From a virus (taxonomy: Duplodnaviria; Caudoviricetes): a stretch of 54,454 nucleotides of DNA. Below are positions 11,596 through 20,104 of this stretch, one piece after another. How positions within the stretch are numbered: the stretch's first letter is position 1; the number at the start of each line of letters is the position of its first letter. The notes beneath the pieces were generated by a model that did not search any database, was not told the DNA's origin, and saw only the letters and a program-made list of their open reading frames with translations. The stretch lies in IMG/VR virus record IMGVR_UViG_3300036668_000246, positions 1 through 54,454 of that record; one strand, given 5' to 3'. The translations under genes were made by a program, and so were the position numbers.

Positions 11596-12032
11596 TGTTG
11601 AGCCTTCCTGTAGCGCTTTTCTAGTTTGTAAGGAGAATAGTGGACGCCCTTAAGCTCTGGTAATTTTCCATCAGTAGCGTTGAATATTACGTCTCCATAG
11701 CGTATAGCCGCAACGGAACCAACCCGTCCATTGTGGAGCGGTCCAAGTTTTTCTGAGAAACCGTCTGATTTTACCCGTACAACGTCGCCAACTGTGATCT
11801 GTCCAGGCTGTAGCGGTACCCAGATATAGTCGTTCTCGGTTATCTCTACCTTTAAGGCGTGACCTCTAGCCAGTAGTGGGAATACTCGAAGAACCTCTTC
11901 GGTCATATTATCACTAAGGGTCGCAGTCTGCTCCCAAGCCTCAAGAAGCTTTAAGATGGCCTTACCTGATCCAACTTTAACCTTTGCGGCTTCTAGTTGT
12001 TCTTTGATCCACTCGGGATTTAGTTCTGGCAT
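11592..12032 (-). CDS. Hypothetical protein with C-terminal KOW/SH3-like segment
   Basis: ITVGDVVRVK...HNGRVGSVAAIRYGDV pattern; AAGGAG RBS; TAATG coupling. Confidence 0.6.
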   Translation of the reverse strand: MPELNPEWIKEQLEAAKVKVGSGKAILKLLEAWEQTATLSDNMTEEVLRVFPLLARGHALKVEITENDYIWVPLQPGQITVGDVVRVKSDGFSEKLGPLHNGRVGSVAAIRYGDVIFNATDGKLPELKGVHYSPYKLEKRYRKAQQ

Positions 12033-13042
12033 TATATTCTCTCCTTTGATAAGTCTAACACTATAGATTCTAACTTGTTGAGTACTTCGTCTCTACTAGG
12101 AATATTATTCCTGTAGCTAATTAATTGCTCAGATGCTATTTGTTGACGCGCAAACGTGTCAGAGTCCTCCACTTGATACGCTAGGAGGCCCCAAGATTGG
12201 TCAAATCCCACAGTGTCTTGCCAATATGTCACAACGGGTGTTTCCGTGTTGAGGGCTTGGATGTGTCTATAGGACCACCAAGTTCCAATTTTTCGGTCCT
12301 GAGGGGGCATAATAAGACCTAAAGAAGTCTTTATGACACCTAATGCCTGCGTGTCAGTTGCTTTTGTGCCGGGTTTAGTTGCTAAGCCGGGATACCTAGC
12401 AGTAGCAGCCACAGTTTTCCACCAAGAACTAGACATATTCTCTACCGCCCAGGCTTCATTCCTTATGATCGTCTTGACGGGGGTAGTGAGTAGAAGGCTA
12501 TCAACAGAAACTGGGACTACAGAGCCAGAGTCTATAAAAGAAATTTTGTTAGCTATAGCACTACTAGAAAGCCAGGGCACAGACGGAACTAATGTCTTGG
12601 GCCACTCCAATGTGGCCATTTTGTCTGCAACGGACTCTATTGCTGATCTAACTGGACCAGTTTTAGCAGTTAGGTAGTCAACACGATTAGCAAAAAAGCT
12701 ACTAAAAATCTGATCTGGGTCACGCTTAAATGATCGGATGCTGTTTTTGTATTGCCAAATCTGGGGGCTGTCTACAACCAAGCGCAGCTTGGGAGACTCG
12801 TACATCAGGTTGAGCACGTGAAGTGCACCATAAAGCTTATTTGCTGCAGGGGAAGTTAGAGGTGAGAAGCCGAATATTACTAAATCGAACTCTTCCAGGT
12901 TGGACCTGGTCCAAAATATTTTAGGCTCAGACCATGTTACGGTTCCGAGCTCAGAATAAGCCGATGCTAGAGTGCTAAAGAATGAGACGTTGTTGGGCTC
13001 TTTGCAATGACTGGAGCTCATTCCGGTAAAAAGTATTTTCAT
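12032..13042 (-). CDS. Putative GT-B-fold glycosyltransferase-like protein
   Basis: N-terminal MKILFTG strand, FDLVIFG, C-terminal GLIMPP...WWSYR..QAL..ETPVVT reminiscent of the GT-B nucleotide-sugar domain; the gene is clear, the function tentative. Confidence 0.4.
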   Translation of the reverse strand: MKILFTGMSSSHCKEPNNVSFFSTLASAYSELGTVTWSEPKIFWTRSNLEEFDLVIFGFSPLTSPAANKLYGALHVLNLMYESPKLRLVVDSPQIWQYKNSIRSFKRDPDQIFSSFFANRVDYLTAKTGPVRSAIESVADKMATLEWPKTLVPSVPWLSSSAIANKISFIDSGSVVPVSVDSLLLTTPVKTIIRNEAWAVENMSSSWWKTVAATARYPGLATKPGTKATDTQALGVIKTSLGLIMPPQDRKIGTWWSYRHIQALNTETPVVTYWQDTVGFDQSWGLLAYQVEDSDTFARQQIASEQLISYRNNIPSRDEVLNKLESIVLDLSKERI

Positions 13043-13057
13043 AGTCTTTCCTTAAGT

Positions 13058-13089
13058 AGGAGGCAGGGTCCCTAAGAACCCCGCCTTCT
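13058..13089 (-). terminator. Stem-loop downstream of the SSB gene
   Basis: Minus strand AGAAGGCGGGGTTC-TTAG-GGACCCTGCCTCCT, about 14-bp imperfect stem; weak U tail. Confidence 0.55.
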
Positions 13090-13105
13090 TCTTATATTCT
13101 ATTGG

Positions 13106-13711
13106 TTAGAACGGGGTGTCTGCACTAATTGGCGCTGCAGGAGCTGGTGCCGGTGCTGGTGCCTCAGAGTAAGCAGGCGCAGCAGCAGGGGCTGGTGCCT
13201 CGGAGTAAGCAGGCGCAACAGCAGGAGCTGGTGCCGGTGCTGGTGCAGGTGCAGGAGCCGCAGCTGCCATGGGAGCACTGACCGCAGCTGAAGCAGCTCC
13301 AGTAGGGTAATAACGCTTAATCTCGTTGCTCTGGTTGCCGTTATAGCTACGTATACCAAGGGTTCCACGGAAGGTGCGACCGAGAAAAGCCTGCTCTGCC
13401 TGGGCAGGTGTAGGGTTAGCTTCCCAGAAGTTGGTGCCTAAGCCCATTGAAGATGCCTTCATGAAGAACATCTGCATAGCCTTGGGGTTGTCAGGGCTCA
13501 CGACTAGTTGATCCCAGACGCGACGCTTGTCATGCGTTCCACCCTGGACCTCATTGGTAATCTTGAACATGAGCTTACCGGTTTGAGCAGTTGCGGCCTG
13601 AGCTTCAATAATCTTTAGCTCATAGTCGCCATCTGGTAGTGGCTCGAAGTTGTTGCTTGTTGCTGCTGTTCCAGCCTGCTTTAGCAGGTCTGAGAAGTTA
13701 ACAGTTGACAT
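13106..13711 (-). CDS. DUF669-like single-stranded DNA-binding protein
   Basis: FEPLPDGDYELKI, TGKLMFK, NEIKRY, Ala/Pro linker and DTPF C-terminal tail; adjacent to the AAA ATPase. Confidence 0.8.
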   Translation of the reverse strand: MSTVNFSDLLKQAGTAATSNNFEPLPDGDYELKIIEAQAATAQTGKLMFKITNEVQGGTHDKRRVWDQLVVSPDNPKAMQMFFMKASSMGLGTNFWEANPTPAQAEQAFLGRTFRGTLGIRSYNGNQSNEIKRYYPTGAASAAVSAPMAAAAPAPAPAPAPAPAVAPAYSEAPAPAAAPAYSEAPAPAPAPAAPISADTPF

Positions 13712-13722
13712 ATTATCTTTCC

Positions 13723-14487
13723 TTACTTAGTTGTTGGTATTGTTGGAGTCTTCTTTTCACCGAAGACCATGTCTAGCATACGTTCGACCCCGAGGTCGCC
13801 CTGTTGTACTATTTTTCCTAGACGCCCTTGGACGCGCTCTCCAGCTTCCCACTCAGGAGTACGCTCAACATACATGCGTCTTACCTTCAGGGGGGCCTGC
13901 ATTGGATCGGGGTTTGGTTCCGTCTCCACTGTGAGTGCTCCGAGGATGTCATAGAAATAGGGGGCCTGAATAGCTAGCTGGCCCTGTAGGTACGGACGGA
14001 ATACACCGTCTTGGCCCTTACGTGCCATGGCTGTCAGTACTACAGCCTCTAAAGGCTGAGTAGGGTGCATAGTGAGGTCACGAAGGTCACGAAGTAGCGC
14101 TCCCATGTGGCGAAGTAGTTCGCCCCACTGTTGCATCTTCATTTGCTCTGTGCCAGCAATGTTGTCCATGCACTTAACCTGCAACTCTGAGATGGAGTCA
14201 ATGATTAGGGACTTGAACTGGTGCTTACCGCTCTGAAGCCATTGAAATGTCTTCATGACCACATCGTACTCACGGACTTGGACCACAACTGTGTCCCAAG
14301 TTCCATCAGCGATTGGCGGTTCTTCGGTCATTGGATCCCAATACTTGATAGTTACGGGTAGAAATCTGTGTCCACCCTCAACATCAAGCATTAGGCGTGG
14401 GTATGGTGCCGTGACTGCAAAGCTGGACTTTCCAACTTTGGATTCGCCATAAACCATAATTGTTAAACTGCGATCGACGTCAGACAT
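13723..14487 (-). CDS. AAA_24 / Sak4-like ATPase (recombination)
   Basis: Walker A YGESKVGKSS, LDVEGG, Walker B LIIDSIS; context Cas4-ATPase-SSB. Confidence 0.85.
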   Translation of the reverse strand: MSDVDRSLTIMVYGESKVGKSSFAVTAPYPRLMLDVEGGHRFLPVTIKYWDPMTEEPPIADGTWDTVVVQVREYDVVMKTFQWLQSGKHQFKSLIIDSISELQVKCMDNIAGTEQMKMQQWGELLRHMGALLRDLRDLTMHPTQPLEAVVLTAMARKGQDGVFRPYLQGQLAIQAPYFYDILGALTVETEPNPDPMQAPLKVRRMYVERTPEWEAGERVQGRLGKIVQQGDLGVERMLDMVFGEKKTPTIPTTK

Positions 14488-15419
14488 TACTCACTTCCTT
14501 TCTTCTCTTCTGTTATTCCATAGTAGCCGTAAGGGTCGGAGACCGCAAACGCATCGCTAAGTGCCGCCTCTGCGGCAGAGCCGTCATCAAAGAGCGGACA
14601 AGTAGCGAAGAATTGACACTTCCACTTGCAATCCTTAGTTGGTGTAGGGTATGCATTTCTATAGTGACTACCGCCAGCATCGAGTGCTTCACGCACGTCT
14701 AGCATGTCGGTCAGTGTGCCTTCTAGTTGATCTAGAAAAGCACGGAGTGTAAATCTATTGTGCCGAACTTCAATCTGTTCGTAGAATGGTGGCTTGGCAT
14801 ATGCGCCACGCTTGACCTTACGGAGCATAGTAAAGATGGCCCCATCTGTGCGCTCGCCTGGTACTTCTTGCGCCTCGTCTAGGAGCATGTAGGTCTTAAC
14901 CTGCTCGTTCATGTGTGCCATGGAGCCAAAGTCAGCAAAAGAGCCGCCTACGGTCTTAAAGTCACGAATCATGCGCGCACCATCAAGCTTTCGACGTACA
15001 CGCATGTCAATCTTACCCTGAAGGATAACCTTACCGTCAAGCATAGGACGCTCGAGAATCTCCTCTGTGGAAATCATTTCAAGTTCTGCGTCAATACCCT
15101 CTTGCTCGATCCACTCTAGGTAGCCCTCAAGCATAATGCGACCAAGGTCTGCCTCAGCTTCCAGTGACGTAGTGTCTCTATACGAATCGCTCATCTTTTT
15201 TAGATCTTCTCGTACTAGGTCAGTGTGCGCCTCTAATAGATCCTGCCCCGTTGAGTAATGACGGTCTAGTGCTTCGTGAATTCGTGAGCCCAGTGCAAGC
15301 GCCCCGGTGAAGTTTTGAATCTTTGGCTTCAAACGTCGATAGTATGTTAGCCACCAACGGCGCCTGCAGTCCTTAAAAGTTTGAATCTCTGAATTAGAGA
15401 TTCTAATTGGGTCTGACAT
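14487..15419 (-). CDS. Cas4/RecB-like PD-(D/E)xK exonuclease
   Basis: SNSEIQTFKDC, GSRIHEAL, GKID, DFKT, QVKTY and C-terminal CKWKC...C cysteine cluster. Confidence 0.88.
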   Translation of the reverse strand: MSDPIRISNSEIQTFKDCRRRWWLTYYRRLKPKIQNFTGALALGSRIHEALDRHYSTGQDLLEAHTDLVREDLKKMSDSYRDTTSLEAEADLGRIMLEGYLEWIEQEGIDAELEMISTEEILERPMLDGKVILQGKIDMRVRRKLDGARMIRDFKTVGGSFADFGSMAHMNEQVKTYMLLDEAQEVPGERTDGAIFTMLRKVKRGAYAKPPFYEQIEVRHNRFTLRAFLDQLEGTLTDMLDVREALDAGGSHYRNAYPTPTKDCKWKCQFFATCPLFDDGSAAEAALSDAFAVSDPYGYYGITEEKKGSE

Positions 15420-17278
15420 TATTTTCCTTTCTTACTGTTCTCTAATAGTTCTAGTAGCTTGGCCTTATCTTTTACAATCTGGTCAAAGTTCTCGGACTTC
15501 ACGTCAAGCGCTTCAATTACACGCTCTTCGATAGTTCCTTCAGTCACATAGTCCGTGATAATCACTGAGTCGTGGATCTCTGACCCAATCCTGTGAACGC
15601 GATCCATTGCCTGCTTGTGGTCAACAAGTGACCACGGTCTCTGAAGCATAACAAGTCTTCTTGCTGCTGTCAAGGTAATTCCAACACCACCAGCTTGCGC
15701 AGTGAAGAGAATCCACTTAATTCGTCCAGCCTGGAAGTCGTCGACTGCCTTTTGACGCTCGTCACCCGACTGTGAGCCGGTAATCAAACCGTGGGCCATA
15801 CCTTCTTTGGTCATGCGGGCGCTAAGTATCTCAATCAACTGTCGAGAGACAGCGCAAACGGCGACAGAGTCGCCTCCAAAGTCTCCATTTTTGACGTCAT
15901 CCATCAAGGCATCTACCTTGCAAGACGGGTCAGACAGCAGTAATTTCTCATCGCCGGATTCGTCTATTGTCATCTGACCGTAAGAGCTAGCAAACTGGAG
16001 CAATCTCATCGTTTGAGTGAGCGGATTAGGTGCAACAATAACGCCACCTTCGCCGTTACCAGATTCCATATCTATTTGCTCGAACTGTTCGGCAGGAGTC
16101 GAGTCCAGCAGTGCGATCATATTCTCAAGCATTTGCTTATAGGCCTTTGCCTGTTTAGCGCCCATCTCAACGTCTCTGCGATCATTAATAATCTCTGGAA
16201 GCCACGGGAGCACACGGGCTTTAAGCATGCGACGCATGCGAGGATGTATCCCGGCATAGAATTCATCCTCCATGTGTGGCTTAAGCCCTAGGATCATCAT
16301 TCCACCAAAAGCATTCATCATGGTGTTGACATAGCGGTCAATCCACTTAGTCTTGCTTGGCCACTCTTTGTCGTCTAGCCAACGCAGGATCGGGTACAGG
16401 TCTACAACATTATTTGCTATAGGAGTACCGGTAAGTGCAAATCTAAGATCTGCAGCACCGCTAGCAGCCCAGAGAGCTCGTGTTTGCTTGGACTTAGGGT
16501 CCTTAGAGCGGTGAATTTCATCGGCAACTACTGCCTTAAAGGGAATATCATTCAATTCTCTGTTGTGCACCTCGCATCTGCCCTCTGAGACGGCAGAATT
16601 GTGGCCACCGCATGCCACACAGCGGGCCAGGGCAATGCCTCCATAAGACTGAAGTTTAGAGTGAGTCCGTAGGGATTCCCAATTTATGATGTAAACATCT
16701 GCTTCTGTCTCGAAAGCCTTCCTCCGCTGAGTAGCAGTGCCTTTAATGATCTGAACGTTAGTCCCTGGCCACCACTTCTCAAACTCTCTCGCCCAGTTGG
16801 CCTTCAAAGTGTTGGGGCAGACAATCAAAGCCGGGAAAACTTCCTCTCCGCGGTCCTGTAAGGCCTTTAGGGACCTAATAGCCTGAGCGGTCTTACCTAG
16901 GCCTGGTTCGTCCGCTAAGAGTGCCCTGCGAGCTGTTGTGAGGAACTCTACGCCAGCTCTCTGGTGGGGAAATAGGTCTTCATCGCCAGTGTCTGAAGTT
17001 TCAAGCTCTCTAAGAGCATTCGCTGGGTCAATTCTAGTCAATCGCTCATTAGATGCCCATTCTTTGAGCAGTGGGCCGATCTCAAGTTGGTCCTTGAAGG
17101 TTGAGCGGAGCGATAAGCATCCAGTCCACGACACCGGGATGCGCCAAACATTCTTGGCACCGTCCCATTTGGAGCCAGGAAGTGCTCTACAGACCTCTTT
17201 TAGACGCCATTCGGTATTGATGATGATGTGCTCACCGTCAAGCTCTACATAGACAGACAACCTGTCCTCCTTCGTCAT
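15419..17278 (-). CDS. SNF2-family (SF2) DNA helicase
   Basis: LADEPGLGKT, DEIH, LTGTP, GGVGITL, QAMDRVHRIG. Confidence 0.93.
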   Translation of the reverse strand: MTKEDRLSVYVELDGEHIIINTEWRLKEVCRALPGSKWDGAKNVWRIPVSWTGCLSLRSTFKDQLEIGPLLKEWASNERLTRIDPANALRELETSDTGDEDLFPHQRAGVEFLTTARRALLADEPGLGKTAQAIRSLKALQDRGEEVFPALIVCPNTLKANWAREFEKWWPGTNVQIIKGTATQRRKAFETEADVYIINWESLRTHSKLQSYGGIALARCVACGGHNSAVSEGRCEVHNRELNDIPFKAVVADEIHRSKDPKSKQTRALWAASGAADLRFALTGTPIANNVVDLYPILRWLDDKEWPSKTKWIDRYVNTMMNAFGGMMILGLKPHMEDEFYAGIHPRMRRMLKARVLPWLPEIINDRRDVEMGAKQAKAYKQMLENMIALLDSTPAEQFEQIDMESGNGEGGVIVAPNPLTQTMRLLQFASSYGQMTIDESGDEKLLLSDPSCKVDALMDDVKNGDFGGDSVAVCAVSRQLIEILSARMTKEGMAHGLITGSQSGDERQKAVDDFQAGRIKWILFTAQAGGVGITLTAARRLVMLQRPWSLVDHKQAMDRVHRIGSEIHDSVIITDYVTEGTIEERVIEALDVKSENFDQIVKDKAKLLELLENSKKGK

Positions 17279-17332
17279 TAAGTAATTATATTATCAGAAA
17301 AAAAGCTATCTGACTACTATTTTTTGATAATA
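17279..17332 (-). promoter_or_regulatory. Leaderless-type promoter of the helicase operon with inverted repeat
   Basis: TATAAT 6 nt before the ATG at 17278; inverted repeat TATTATCA (17289-17296) / TGATAATA (17325-17332). Confidence 0.55.
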
Positions 17333-17335
17333 GTT

Positions 17336-17800
17336 TTAATCTTGTAGCAATGCTACAGGTTTCCAGCCAGTTTTTACTAATCTTAGTAGACCATGTCTAA
17401 TTGCATCAAGTGCGTGACCCTCGCCACCCCTGTGCCAATACTCTAGCTTCTTTAGTTTAGGGTTGTCAAACATTGCTTTTGCATCTGCAGGTGATTGAAA
17501 GTAGATATCATCCGCTGGACGTCCGTTATCCATTAGGCACTGCTTAAGTATGCCAATCTGCTCTAGAGAGTAAGGCGCTTGAGTGCTTTTAACAGTCTTA
17601 GCATTAATCGTAAACCGCTCGCAAGTAATATCTAGGTTATACCGCATCGCAGGATCCCACAGGACCTTACGTATGACCTCCGCATACCCTTCCTGTTGTA
17701 CTTCAAGAGACCACTCTAGAACTGGCTCAGCGGCTCCGTCACGGCTGAATAGAGCTATACCAGTAGCTTTACCTGGATCAACTGCTAATACATACATCAT
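17336..17800 (-). CDS. RuvC-like Holliday junction resolvase
   Basis: VLAVDPGKATG, CERF, EQIG, HALDAIRH; start revised to ATG 17800 (ATGA overlap with the polymerase stop). Confidence 0.75.
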   Translation of the reverse strand: MMYVLAVDPGKATGIALFSRDGAAEPVLEWSLEVQQEGYAEVIRKVLWDPAMRYNLDITCERFTINAKTVKSTQAPYSLEQIGILKQCLMDNGRPADDIYFQSPADAKAMFDNPKLKKLEYWHRGGEGHALDAIRHGLLRLVKTGWKPVALLQD

Positions 17801-19617
17801 GCGTACTTCACTCCCCAATTCTCTAGAGGCCCTTCAACGTCAGCAGTTAGCGGTACAGCCCAACCTTCTGTTGTAGTCATGCACTCTTTCACTATTCTCT
17901 TAATCTCTTCTGCGTCTTTTCTAGGCGCATTTAGGACAATCTCGTCATGAACTGGGACAATTAGCAAGTCAGTTAGGTCAGCTTGGTCTAGTTTTACGAG
18001 ATTTGATTTAAAAATCTCGGCCGCTCCTCCCTGAATTAGGTAGTTAACCAATGTGTACACACGATCATCATCACAAGGGAGGCGCCTACCGGTCCAGGTG
18101 TTGACATAACCGGTACCTTCTGCTTCTAGTCTTTGGAGGCCTCTAGCCTCTACAGCCTTTTGGAACCCCTGCATACCCGGGAATCTAGTATCAAAGCTGT
18201 CTGATACCGCACGCATCTGATCTTCAGCTACGCCGGCAGTTAGTGCTTGCTTAGCTATACCAGCACCGTATAGCCGTCCATAGACAACTCCCTTAATTAG
18301 GGCACGTCGTTTATCAGACTTCTCCATAGTTGGATCTTGGTATATCTCACGGCCAATCTCGGTAAACGGGTCAGAGCCAGTGGCATCTGCCCGCAAAAAG
18401 AGTTGAATCAGGTTTGGATCCTGGGACAGAGTAGCAAACATACGGAACTCCACCTGGTCAAGGTCCGAAGTAATAATTACGTGGTCATCATCTTTTGGCA
18501 AAAATGCGCGGCGAACGGTGTCATCACCCTTTGGGAGAGTCTGCAGAGCTGGATTCTGAATTGACATGCGACCAGTACGAGCGCCCATGGTATTAATTGA
18601 TGGATGAACATACCCATCTACATTTTCATTGATAAAGTTGGAAAAGTAGGTATTAGCAACTTTAAGAGCTTTGCGGTACTTAAGTGTTGTATCTGCCAGC
18701 TGCTGGACTTCCAGGCTACCGTCACGAACTAACATCTTAAGTTGATCAGCATTTGCAGACCTCTGTCCAGTCTCTGTAAACTCTGTTATTACTGCCCCCA
18801 TGCTCTCAAACACTTTTACTAATTGTTGGTTACTGCCAATTGATATCCCATAACGGGACTTACCCCAATCGCGAACCTGATCTGTATACGAGATCAGCTC
18901 GTCGTACTTTTTCTGAGAGTAGTTAAGGTCTAATCGCGCACCATTCAATTCCATTGTTGTGGCTATGCGTCTAGTATTCATCTCTAATTCGTACGCCATA
19001 CTATACGGCTTGCCCGGAGCAGTCTTTTCCCAGAATTTTTCAAATAGTCTCATAGTTAATACTGGATCAAGCGCGCCATACTGCCAGTATGGGTCAAACT
19101 TAATCGGAACAGTGCCCCAAGTCCAGCCGTTATCGGACATACCGTAGTCTAATACCGACTGGGCAGCAGCAGCTTGTGGGTCTATGTACTGGGACGTAAG
19201 CCTCTTCAGCGCCCCGGACCCAAGCGGATCTATGAGCTTAGCCATAATCATTGTGTCGTGAGAGCGATACCACGGCATCTTCCAAGCCGAGTGTTGGTCA
19301 AACCATTTGGCCTCAAAGGCAATATTATGGCAGACTAAGGGGCCTTCAAATCTATCCATTGCCTCATAGAAGACACCCTTCCAGTCATCCCAAGGAATAG
19401 ACCAACCAGTCATACCGTCACCAACTTGGACTAGTCGCAGCTGGCCGTGCCAGGGGGAAAGTGCATCTTTACGAGGCTTACCTGGAAGTTCTCCGGTTTC
19501 GGTGTCGATCGCGATGGCTTCCAGCGGACGCCGCTCTCCCAACCAAGTTAGGAACTCTCTAGCTTTGTCAACTGTGTCTACCAAGTGGAGTTGTACTCCG
19601 TCTAGACCAGTTATCAT
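17797..19617 (-). CDS. polA: Family A DNA polymerase (3'-5' exonuclease plus polymerase; no 5'-3' exonuclease domain)
   Basis: IDTET, HNIAFE, YGALD, TGRMS..PALQ, DLDQVEFR, KGVVYGRLYG, NYLIQG, VHDE. Confidence 0.96.
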   Translation of the reverse strand: MITGLDGVQLHLVDTVDKAREFLTWLGERRPLEAIAIDTETGELPGKPRKDALSPWHGQLRLVQVGDGMTGWSIPWDDWKGVFYEAMDRFEGPLVCHNIAFEAKWFDQHSAWKMPWYRSHDTMIMAKLIDPLGSGALKRLTSQYIDPQAAAAQSVLDYGMSDNGWTWGTVPIKFDPYWQYGALDPVLTMRLFEKFWEKTAPGKPYSMAYELEMNTRRIATTMELNGARLDLNYSQKKYDELISYTDQVRDWGKSRYGISIGSNQQLVKVFESMGAVITEFTETGQRSANADQLKMLVRDGSLEVQQLADTTLKYRKALKVANTYFSNFINENVDGYVHPSINTMGARTGRMSIQNPALQTLPKGDDTVRRAFLPKDDDHVIITSDLDQVEFRMFATLSQDPNLIQLFLRADATGSDPFTEIGREIYQDPTMEKSDKRRALIKGVVYGRLYGAGIAKQALTAGVAEDQMRAVSDSFDTRFPGMQGFQKAVEARGLQRLEAEGTGYVNTWTGRRLPCDDDRVYTLVNYLIQGGAAEIFKSNLVKLDQADLTDLLIVPVHDEIVLNAPRKDAEEIKRIVKECMTTTEGWAVPLTADVEGPLENWGVKYA

Positions 19618-19630
19618 TTTAAATCTTTCG

Positions 19631-20101
19631 TTAAGGTATTATCTCAACATTATAGATCTCTGCAACGGCAAAGTCAACTGCTGCTGCATTTTTTAATAAT
19701 CTTTGCGCCACGACAGTTAGATATCTGGCACCATTGTCGTCGTATTTATAGAGAGCATCTAGTACTGCGTCTGGTTTATCACTCACTTGAGACCAATATC
19801 TATATTTCTCTGGAAATATTAAATCAAGACTATCATCGGGAGCACAATCGTCGCAAGGCACTGAGCTCTCAATTAAACTTGAAGAAGGCTTCTCCTCAAG
19901 TTTATACCGAGACACTAGACGACAGGCTGCCCCGTGAAAAATAAGGGAGACACCGATGCGATATAGAACATATGAACCAGATTCTGTTTTATATAGCTCA
20001 AATTCAATCCAACGGTACGAGCCTCTACGTGCTGAAGTTGACTTAGCAATTAGGGAACCATTGAATTGCAGAGTGCGGTCCCCGTCCCTTACTGAATACA
20101 T
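19631..20101 (-). CDS. Hypothetical protein
   Basis: Tightly packed ORF with H...C and CxxC residues. Confidence 0.6.
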   Translation of the reverse strand: MYSVRDGDRTLQFNGSLIAKSTSARRGSYRWIEFELYKTESGSYVLYRIGVSLIFHGAACRLVSRYKLEEKPSSSLIESSVPCDDCAPDDSLDLIFPEKYRYWSQVSDKPDAVLDALYKYDDNGARYLTVVAQRLLKNAAAVDFAVAEIYNVEIIP

Positions 20102-20104
20102 AAA

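Noticed and set aside
13130-13270. Short direct repeats in the SSB gene
   Set aside because: They encode an ordinary Ala/Pro linker (PAPAPA, APAYSEAPAP)
14487-15419. Cas4-like nuclease as a sign of CRISPR-Cas
   Set aside because: No repeat-spacer array or other cas genes; the context is the usual phage exonuclease-ATPase-SSB recombination module
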